Source: Bdellovibrionota bacterium (GTDB lineage: Bacteria; Bdellovibrionota_C; UBA2361; OMII01). From it: 64,000 bases of DNA. Both the position numbers and the translations under genes were made by a program. The stretch is taken from the NCBI GenBank assembly GCA_044345405.1, contig JBIJBE010000013.1:17893-81892 (forward strand), read 5' to 3'. This document shows, piece after piece, positions 57,182-64,000 of the stretch. Below the pieces are notes generated by a model that saw only the letters and a list, made by a program, of their open reading frames with translations, searched no databases and was not told the origin of the DNA. Each line of letters begins with the position of its first letter. The stretch's first letter is position 1.

Positions 57182-58270
57182 ATGAAGCTCCAAGCTCTCC
57201 TGCTCTCACTCCTTTCGTGTATCACCACGGCGGCCGCGCAGGAGAGCTTTAATCTCAAACCGATAGCCCAAGGGTTCGCGGATCCGGTCGCCATTACATC
57301 CATCGCAAGCGATCCTTCTAAGATATTTGTCTTAGAGAGAACCGGCACTGTCGCGATTGTTGAGAACGGCAAACGGGCTAAGCGCGACCTCCTCGACATC
57401 GAGGATATTCTCTCCCCTCAAGAGAACGCCGGGCTCTCAAGCATCGCGTTCCCACCCAACTACGCGCAGAGCAAGGAGCTCTACGTCACCTATACGGACA
57501 AGCAAGGCGACACGATCGTTGGGCGCTTCCCCACAAAAACGGGAGAAACGGCCGATGAGGATTCCCTAATCGTGGTGCTGAAGGTAGTTCAGCCTCATCC
57601 TCACGCGCATCGAAGCACAATCACGTTTGCTGGCGAGCATTCGCTGCTCATAGGGCTTGGGGACGCTCCCCGCAAACCAGGCGCCGCATCGCTCGCGCAG
57701 AACCCTCGTTCGCTCTTCGGAAAGATCTTACGGATAGGCGTCGCGGATCCAACACGCTACACGATCCCTTCAGACAACCCCTTCGCGAAGAGAAACAACG
57801 CCGCTGGAGAAGTGTGGGCCCTAGGGGTTCAAAATCCCCTCTCCATCTCATTCGATCCAACAACCAAAAAGGTCATGCTTGTCGATTCTGGTCGAGAGAT
57901 TCAAGAGCTCGACCTCGTTGAGGGTGGAAAGAACTATGGGTGGAATATAGCAGAGGGCGGGAAGTGCGTGGCCGCTGCGTGCGACTTATCGCACGTTACG
58001 CCTCCGGTTTATTCCTACCCCGCCGAGGCTCGAAGTACCGCGGTAGGAGGATTTTTTTATTCCGGAGCGCGAATACCGAGCCTCCAAGGAGCGTTCATAT
58101 ACGCGGATTCTCACACAAAGACCCTCTTCAAGCTAACTCCAAGCGGTGCCACGTGGACTGCGACTCCAATCGCTCACGCAAGCTTTCCTATCGTAGCGGT
58201 GGGTCAGGGAGCGCAGGGTGAGATATATGTCGCGACGGGGGATGGGAGTGTGTCGGTGGTGACCCCCTGA
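57182..58270 (+). CDS. PQQ-dependent sugar dehydrogenase-family (GSDH) beta-propeller, exported
   Basis: Signal peptide; GLGD, GKILRI, IPSDNPF, EVWALGVQNP, GKNYGW. Confidence 0.85.
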   Translation: MKLQALLLSLLSCITTAAAQESFNLKPIAQGFADPVAITSIASDPSKIFVLERTGTVAIVENGKRAKRDLLDIEDILSPQENAGLSSIAFPPNYAQSKELYVTYTDKQGDTIVGRFPTKTGETADEDSLIVVLKVVQPHPHAHRSTITFAGEHSLLIGLGDAPRKPGAASLAQNPRSLFGKILRIGVADPTRYTIPSDNPFAKRNNAAGEVWALGVQNPLSISFDPTTKKVMLVDSGREIQELDLVEGGKNYGWNIAEGGKCVAAACDLSHVTPPVYSYPAEARSTAVGGFFYSGARIPSLQGAFIYADSHTKTLFKLTPSGATWTATPIAHASFPIVAVGQGAQGEIYVATGDGSVSVVTP

Positions 58271-58277
58271 CATAACA

Positions 58278-58369
58278 CCATCCGGAGGGCCCATGTCCTC
58301 ATGGGCCGGAAGATGCACGAAAGGCCAAGAGCGAGTTCCGGCCCGCCAGGAGACGGGCCCTCCGGATGG
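58278..58369. repeat. REPIN-like long hairpin containing two inverted GGAG REP-like units
   Basis: 15-bp perfect outer stem CCATCCGGAGGGCCC / GGGCCCTCCGGATGG. Units: GGAG-GGC-CCATG-TCCT-CATGG-GCC-G (58284-58308) and GGAG-GGC-CCGTC-TCCT-GGCGG-GCC-G (minus, 58339-58363). Confidence 0.8.
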
Positions 58370-58406
58370 ACCATGCAAGATAGCGACGATGTCGTTACAA
58401 ACCCGG

Positions 58407-58430
58407 CGGACAGACGAACCCCGTCCCTAC
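58407..58430 (-). repeat. GTAG-footed REP-like hairpin overlapping the CDGSH gene stop codon
   Basis: Minus strand GTAG-GGACGGG-GTTCG-TCTGTCC-G. Confidence 0.5.
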
Positions 58431-58657
58431 TTCGGTGGCAACTCAAACGCCTGGCACTCAGATTGAAACTTGCACTCTCCGTGCGAACCGTCACAGAACG
58501 GTTGTTTCTTCGAGGCGCCACATCGGCACAGCGAGATAGCGGTGCGTCCGTTCAGGTTGAACACGTTACCGGCGGCGTCACAGATCTCAAAGTCCGTCCC
58601 CTCTACACGAAAAGGGCCATTGTTTTTAACCGTAATCTTTATCTTTGCATCGCTCAT
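58427..58657 (-). CDS. CDGSH iron-sulfur domain protein
   Basis: NGP..V and LCRCGASKKQPFCDGSH. Confidence 0.95.
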   Translation of the reverse strand: MSDAKIKITVKNNGPFRVEGTDFEICDAAGNVFNLNGRTAISLCRCGASKKQPFCDGSHGECKFQSECQAFELPPK

Positions 58658-58668
58658 GTTAGTACCCC

Positions 58669-61362
58669 TTATTGAAGTGATTTACGGAAGTCATCGAGCT
58701 TCGCGATCGACTCTTTTGTCTCGTTTGCCTTACCCTTCGTCTCCTCGACGAGCTCGGCAGGCGCGTTCGCTACAAAATCCTGGTTCGACAGGTTCCGCTC
58801 GATACCCGCAAGCGTCTTCTGCAACTTCTCAATACGGGCTGAGAGCTTGCTCGTGATATCCTTCGCATCGATGTCAGATGGCAACGCAAGATATCCGATA
58901 CCTCCATCGAACTTAAAAGGAACGTGTCCTGCAGGTGTTGATTGTTGCGCGTGTTCAGAGAACTCACTTATCACACCTATCGTTTGTGCCACGCCCCGAA
59001 CTGGCTCGAAGTTGCTCTTAGCATTCCCTGATAAGAAGAGGAGCTTTGATGAGAGCGAGATCTTAGGCGAGATATTGAGAGTCTGCTTCACATCTCGAAC
59101 TCCACGCACGATCGATGCCATAAGCCCGATCTGCGCCTCGGCTGACTCATCTTTTCGGTAGAGGTCTGCGTTTGGCCACGATGAGAGCGCGATAGAGCGG
59201 GAATCCCCGGTTTCGGCGGCATCGGTGATCCCCTGCTTCTGCAACGTCTGCCATAACTCTTCAGTTACGAACGGCATGTACGGATGAAGGAGCTTCAAGA
59301 TCGTGCGCTGACACACAAGGGCAACTTCGAGCGCCTTACGCTTCGACTCACCTCCCGCCCACAACCGGGTCTTGATGATCTCAAGGTACCAATCGCAGTA
59401 ATCATCCCAGAAGAAGCTCCGGATAGCGCCAACGGCGTGAACGATATCGCTCTTGTTGAGGTAATCATCATGGACACGGATCACCTCACCCAAGCGAGAT
59501 ATAATCCACGTATCCTCAAGCGCAGAGAGATCGAGGCGAGTTGAGTCGCTCGAAATCTTCTCGTCGCCAAGGTTTCCGAGAAGGAGTCGAGTTGCATTCC
59601 ACAACTTAATGACGAGTCCTTGCCCGTTCCTGAAAATATCGTCGTGGAGCTTCGTATCTTGTCGCCCCATCGGATAGTTCATCGCGATAGAGACGCGCAC
59701 GGCGTCCGTTCCGAACTGATCAAAGAGGTCAAGCGGGTCGGGAGAGTTCCCGAGCGACTTCGAGAGCTTTCGCCCCTGAGAGTCACGAACGAGTCCGTGG
59801 AGGGCGAGCGTGTGGAACGGAATCTCCCCAAGCAACTCAAGACCGGCGATAATCATTCGAGCGTCCCAGAAGGGCAAGATGTCACGTCCAGACATGAGCC
59901 AGTTGTTCGGATACCAGAACTCGAGTTCCGGAGTTTTGTCTGGCCAACCCAGGGTCGAGAAAGGCCACAGCTGCGACGAGAACCACGTATCAAGTACATC
60001 CTCATCCTGACGCAGATTAGTGTTCCCACACTTCTCGCACGAATGAGGAGCCTCAACCTTAGCGGTTACGTGGTCGCACGAATCACAGTAGTACACAGGG
60101 ATTCGGTGCCCCCACCACAACTGCCGCGAGATACACCAATCCTGAATAGTATCCATCCAGTGGAAGTAGTCGTGCTTCTCAGATTCAGGAATAATCGTGA
60201 GCGAACCGTTAACAACGACCTCCTTGGCCCTCTCGGCCAATGATCGCATCTTTACAAACCATTGGTCCGAAACCTTCGGCTCAAGAACGCTCTTACACCG
60301 ATAGCATTCACCAACGGCGTGAGAATGCTTCTCGATCTTCTCCATAAAGCCGAGCGCTTCAAGATCCGCAACAACTTTTTTGCGAGCTTGGTAGCGATCG
60401 AGTCCCGCGTAGGCAGCGCCAGCAGCATCGGTCATCTTGCCGTCATCACCGATAACGGTCTCAAGGGGAAGATTATGCTTCAACGCGGCCTGATAATCGT
60501 TCGGATCGTGAGCCGGGGTGAGCTTAACGACACCGGTTCCAAATTTTCGATCCACGAAATCATCGGCGATAACAGGGATAGTCCTATTTTGAATCGGAAG
60601 GAGTACCTTTCGGCCAACGATCGAGGTGTATCGTGGGTCCTCTGGATGAACCGCTACGCCGGTATCACCAAGCATCGTTTCAGGACGGGTCGTGGCGACG
60701 ATAAGGAACTCGTTCGTCGCGTTTCCTTTGTCGTCAACAAGTGGATACTTGAGGTGCCAGAGATGGCTGCCGTGCGTACCATGCTCAACCTCATCATCGG
60801 CGAGCGCCGTCATACAGACGGTACACCAATTCACCATTCGCTTACCGCGATAGATGAGTCCCTTGTCAAAGAGCTGTACGAACGCCGTAAGAACGGCCTT
60901 CATCATCCCTTCATCCATCGTAAATCGCTCACGCTCCCAATCACACGAGCATCCGAGACGCTTGAGCTGCTCGATGATGATGCTTCCGTGCTTCTCTTTA
61001 AACTCCCAAACGCGCTTTAAGAACTCCTCGCGTCCGAGGTCGCGCATCTTGATCCCTTCCTTCTCAAGGGCGCGCTTAACCACGTTCTGCGTGGCGATAC
61101 CGGCGTGGTCGGTTCCGGGAATCCAAACCGCCGCGTAGCCACGCATACGGTGCCATCGGGTCATGACATCTTGAGGGACATTGTCGAGGACGTGTCCCAT
61201 ATGAAGAATGCCCGTCACGTTCGGTGGCGGGATAACGACGCAGAACGGCTTCTTGGATGTATCAACGGTGCCCCGCGATACCTTGAGGCTATCCCACATC
61301 TGAGAAATTCTCTTTTCTGCCTCTCCGTGAACGAACTGTTTGGGCATCTCCTCGGCGGACAT
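58669..61362 (-). CDS. valS: Valyl-tRNA synthetase
   Basis: PPPNVTGILHMGH, GTDHAGIATQ, TTRPET, WCISRQLWWGH, DVLDTWFSS, KLSKS, C-terminal coiled coil. Confidence 0.98.
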   Translation of the reverse strand: MSAEEMPKQFVHGEAEKRISQMWDSLKVSRGTVDTSKKPFCVVIPPPNVTGILHMGHVLDNVPQDVMTRWHRMRGYAAVWIPGTDHAGIATQNVVKRALEKEGIKMRDLGREEFLKRVWEFKEKHGSIIIEQLKRLGCSCDWERERFTMDEGMMKAVLTAFVQLFDKGLIYRGKRMVNWCTVCMTALADDEVEHGTHGSHLWHLKYPLVDDKGNATNEFLIVATTRPETMLGDTGVAVHPEDPRYTSIVGRKVLLPIQNRTIPVIADDFVDRKFGTGVVKLTPAHDPNDYQAALKHNLPLETVIGDDGKMTDAAGAAYAGLDRYQARKKVVADLEALGFMEKIEKHSHAVGECYRCKSVLEPKVSDQWFVKMRSLAERAKEVVVNGSLTIIPESEKHDYFHWMDTIQDWCISRQLWWGHRIPVYYCDSCDHVTAKVEAPHSCEKCGNTNLRQDEDVLDTWFSSQLWPFSTLGWPDKTPELEFWYPNNWLMSGRDILPFWDARMIIAGLELLGEIPFHTLALHGLVRDSQGRKLSKSLGNSPDPLDLFDQFGTDAVRVSIAMNYPMGRQDTKLHDDIFRNGQGLVIKLWNATRLLLGNLGDEKISSDSTRLDLSALEDTWIISRLGEVIRVHDDYLNKSDIVHAVGAIRSFFWDDYCDWYLEIIKTRLWAGGESKRKALEVALVCQRTILKLLHPYMPFVTEELWQTLQKQGITDAAETGDSRSIALSSWPNADLYRKDESAEAQIGLMASIVRGVRDVKQTLNISPKISLSSKLLFLSGNAKSNFEPVRGVAQTIGVISEFSEHAQQSTPAGHVPFKFDGGIGYLALPSDIDAKDITSKLSARIEKLQKTLAGIERNLSNQDFVANAPAELVEETKGKANETKESIAKLDDFRKSLQ

Positions 61363-61592
61363 GAGCACTCCGTAACGATTAAAACTCTATAAAAGTAGTG
61401 GCTTTGAGACCTTAGGGGGTCTGAACAAGCCTCGTTAGCCTACCACCGGAAGGCGAGCGTGTCACGGTCGAGGTCCCCGCCTATTCCAACCTCCCTAAAC
61501 CCCTTTCATGCCTACTTTTGCCCTCCGCCCCACCTCAGGGTGTTTTGCCTTCTAGCGGCGAGCGTAGGTCCCGTATACCTTATCACCACACT

Positions 61593-62729
61593 ATGAAAAA
61601 TCAGAAAATCCTCATCGCCGCTCTGCTCGCACTAACCCTTCCAGCCACGATACCCAGCGCCGAAGAGGTACAGAGCTCCATGCAAAAGCTCCTCACCCCC
61701 CTTCGTACCCTTCAGCCGTTTTTGACCGATGAGGATAAGTTCACCGACAGCGACAACTCAGACGAGATCCATAAGCAATTGCTGGAGCTTCGACGCGACT
61801 TCCACTCCCTTGAAAGGATCCCGACCAAGTACCGTTCGCAGCCGGGGTTCGAAGAGAGCGTGAAGAACGTCGCCGAGCTTTTGGATGACGCCAGCCGTCG
61901 TTTCGACGAGGGAAAAAAGGAGTACGCGTGGTGGAGACTTCAACGCCTTCCAACCGATTGCTTCTCCTGTCACGCGACCTACAAGGTGACGAGCCAGTAC
62001 TCGAACACCGCGATGGTGGAGGAATCGTTGAATCCCCTTGAGCGCGCTCGATTCCTCTTGGCGACCCGCCAATTCGCGGAAGCAAAAAAGACCCTCACCA
62101 TGGCGCTCGAAGATCCCACCTATCGCCTCTATGACGACCAGATACTCCGCAGCCTTCTTCTGATTGAGACACGGGTCTCAAGGGACCCGAAGGAGAGCCT
62201 AACCATGTTTAAGGGGATTCTCAAATCAGGCGACCTTCCGCTCGACGACGCTCATACCGTTGAACGATGGCTCAAGGGTTTGGAGAACTGGTCGAAAGCA
62301 CCTGCCGTTAGTGGAGCTAACAAACTCGCGACCGGAGAGAAGTTAGTTCGCGCCGGGGCGACTCGAGGGATCGATTACGCGCAAGATGATGTCGCCCTCC
62401 TGCGAGGCACCGCCTTGATTCACGAGAGCCTTGAAGCAGGGAATCTCAGCGAACCGCAACGTCGAAAGGCTATCTACCTCCTTGGGTATGCCTATAACCA
62501 AATTCCTCAATTCTTCACCGAGGGATGGGACGAGCTCTACCTTGAGAAGTGTATTGAAGAGTTTCCAAAATCCCAAGAAGCCAAGTGGGCATACAACATC
62601 TACAGCGATAGAGTCATGAATGACTTCACAGGAAGTGGCGGCAGCAACATTCCCGCGGAGGTAAAGCTCCACCTCGAAGATCTTCGTAAGAAGGCGTACG
62701 GGGAGGCGGAGTTCGCTCCTAAGGCCTAA
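61593..62729 (+). CDS. Exported monoheme c-type cytochrome with a TPR-like C-terminus
   Basis: Signal peptide from ATG 61593; one CFSCH after a helical-bundle-like segment; later helical repeats (AIYLLGYAY, CIEEFPKS.EAK.AY). Confidence 0.65.
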   Translation: MKNQKILIAALLALTLPATIPSAEEVQSSMQKLLTPLRTLQPFLTDEDKFTDSDNSDEIHKQLLELRRDFHSLERIPTKYRSQPGFEESVKNVAELLDDASRRFDEGKKEYAWWRLQRLPTDCFSCHATYKVTSQYSNTAMVEESLNPLERARFLLATRQFAEAKKTLTMALEDPTYRLYDDQILRSLLLIETRVSRDPKESLTMFKGILKSGDLPLDDAHTVERWLKGLENWSKAPAVSGANKLATGEKLVRAGATRGIDYAQDDVALLRGTALIHESLEAGNLSEPQRRKAIYLLGYAYNQIPQFFTEGWDELYLEKCIEEFPKSQEAKWAYNIYSDRVMNDFTGSGGSNIPAEVKLHLEDLRKKAYGEAEFAPKA

Positions 62730-62950
62730 CAGAAGCGGTTTCAGCGACTACCGTCCTACGGCCTAATCCTCCGTGAAATTACTTTGCGTGTTAGCCCGAG
62801 CGCGGTGCTCATCCATCGCGACTCTTTTTGCGATCATATCGTCTCGTCCATAAAGCCCCCTACTCTAGACGTGCATGGCTCGTAAGGCGGTTATACATGG
62901 CTCTTCGTTGAGCATGTGTGATCGTCTCGCACAAAACAGGAGGACAGCAC

Positions 62951-63217
62951 ATGGCACAAGAGGAGAAAGGCACGAAGCGCTTACGAGGATTCGCCGCTAT
63001 GGATGCTGATAAGCAGCGTCAGATAGCCAGCAAAGGTGGAAAGATCGCGCACCAGCGCGGCAACGCGCATGAGTTTACCCCAGAAGAAGCTCGTGAAGCT
63101 GGACGGAAAGGTGGTGTAGCCGTAAGCAGAGATAGGAAGCACATGGCTGAGATCGGGCGCCTCGGAGGAGAGGCCCGGAGTCAGAGTCGAGGCCAACAAC
63201 AGCAACCCCCACAATAG
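62951..63217 (+). CDS. KGG-repeat general stress protein (YciG/GsiB-like)
   Basis: RGFAAMD..KQRQIASKGG, AHEFT.EEAREAGRKGG, HMAEIGR.GG; GGAGG RBS. Confidence 0.92.
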   Translation: MAQEEKGTKRLRGFAAMDADKQRQIASKGGKIAHQRGNAHEFTPEEAREAGRKGGVAVSRDRKHMAEIGRLGGEARSQSRGQQQQPPQ

Positions 63218-63265
63218 GTGGAGGTTCTCGCGAACCAGGACAAAGGGGTGGTGAGGTCCCTTGCC

Positions 63266-64000
63266 CTACTTCCAAACGTTCTCAGAAACCTTCGCTCCAA
63301 GACTCTCAAGAGCCGCGCGCGCGCGCGGGCTGATACGTCCTCGTATACGAATCTCAACCGAGGAGAACGCCTCCTCTTTCGTTACTCGATTTTTAAAGTC
63401 ATCGAATATCCCTGATACCTCCTGGGTCCAGAAAAGGTAATCGACCGCAAGAGGCACGATGAGTACTCCTTTCTTCGTCACACCGGCGGGGATATAGAGA
63501 GAGCTTACGATCTTTTTAAGGGGAGTATCCTTCTGCACCTTCTCAAGATATTCAGCGACAGACACAAAATACAGAGTCGATGGCTCATTCTTCGCTTGAA
63601 GCGCGGCCTTAATATAGAGCGATCGTCCCGCCACGGTTGGCCCAAGCGCGGTCATCGAAGCCGTTACAAAGCGACGCGTCCATGGATTGTACGCTTTGCT
63701 ACTCTGGAACTGCTCGATCATGTCATCCGGAACTTCGAGAGCTCGAAGCTCAGCTTTGTTCTTCGCTTTAATAACATCGGGATCTTCATAGAGAGAGAGC
63801 TGCTCAGCGCGACCGTACCAACGGTTGAAGGTCGTAAGTTGACCAAGCAGTCCCAGTCCCGGCACGAATCGGAAGGCGAATCCTACCGCGGTTCCCAGCC
63901 CAGCGACCCGCACGACCTCGTCCTGAAGCATCTTATTCGAGCTATAGGGATTCACCTGAAGCTTTTGAAACAGCTCTCGCTCGCGGCCGGTATAGCCGAT
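63266..64000 (-). CDS. Hypothetical protein, C-terminal part (starts beyond the window)
   Basis: The frame stays open from 63955 to the right edge (IGYTGRERELFQKLQVNPYSSN...); function not recognised. Confidence 0.7.
   Translation of the reverse strand: MGYTGRERELFQKLQVNPYSSNKMLQDEVVRVAGLGTAVGFAFRFVPGLGLLGQLTTFNRWYGRAEQLSLYEDPDVIKAKNKAELRALEVPDDMIEQFQSSKAYNPWTRRFVTASMTALGPTVAGRSLYIKAALQAKNEPSTLYFVSVAEYLEKVQKDTPLKKIVSSLYIPAGVTKKGVLIVPLAVDYLFWTQEVSGIFDDFKNRVTKEEAFSSVEIRIRGRISPRARAALESLGAKVSENVWK

Noticed and set aside
62951-63217. Internal repeats in the small ORF
   Set aside because: Ordinary KGG stress-protein repeats.
1-64000. Numerous 60-250 aa ORFs antisense or out of frame to recognised genes (e.g. 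29679-30371, 59620-60243, 60262-61020)
   Set aside because: They are shadow ORFs of well-supported genes and carry no recognisable motifs.
1-64000. CRISPR arrays, tRNA/rRNA genes, transposases, integrases and prophage genes
   Set aside because: None recognised on reading; the repeats seen are dispersed hairpins, not repeat-spacer arrays.

Overview
Bacterial chromosomal window of moderately high GC. Gene content (alternative complex III, pdhC-lipA, a rpmF-plsX-fabG-acpP-glyA-nrdR-rib-nusB backbone) suggests a diderm of deltaproteobacterial grade such as Bdellovibrionota or Myxococcota; this is an inference. Most genes are housekeeping: pdhC, lipA, nusB, ribBA, nrdR, glyA, acpP, fabG, plsX, rpmF, actABCDEF, gabD, tdk, nadB, an M3 oligopeptidase, acetoacetyl-CoA ligase, ribD, aspC/tyrB and valS. 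These are interleaved with orphan envelope or exported proteins. No rRNA, tRNA, CRISPR array, transposase or integrase was seen. The most notable observations are: (1) a single 1908-aa ORF fusing a TamB/DUF490 protein to a multi-POTRA Omp85 barrel; (2) a family of 24-25-nt GGAG/GTAG-footed REP-like hairpins whose stems covary between copies; (3) a stand-alone ACIII whose ActB keeps an N-terminal four-Cys Fe-S motif; (4) a LysM-GH108-PG-binding muramidase with no signal peptide and an RBS buried in a hairpin; (5) candidate structured RNAs upstream of acpP and of a phage-like GNAT gene; (6) pruned fab and rib operons with a relocated, Bacteroidota-looking ribD. All family calls come from motif recognition by eye, not from database searches.
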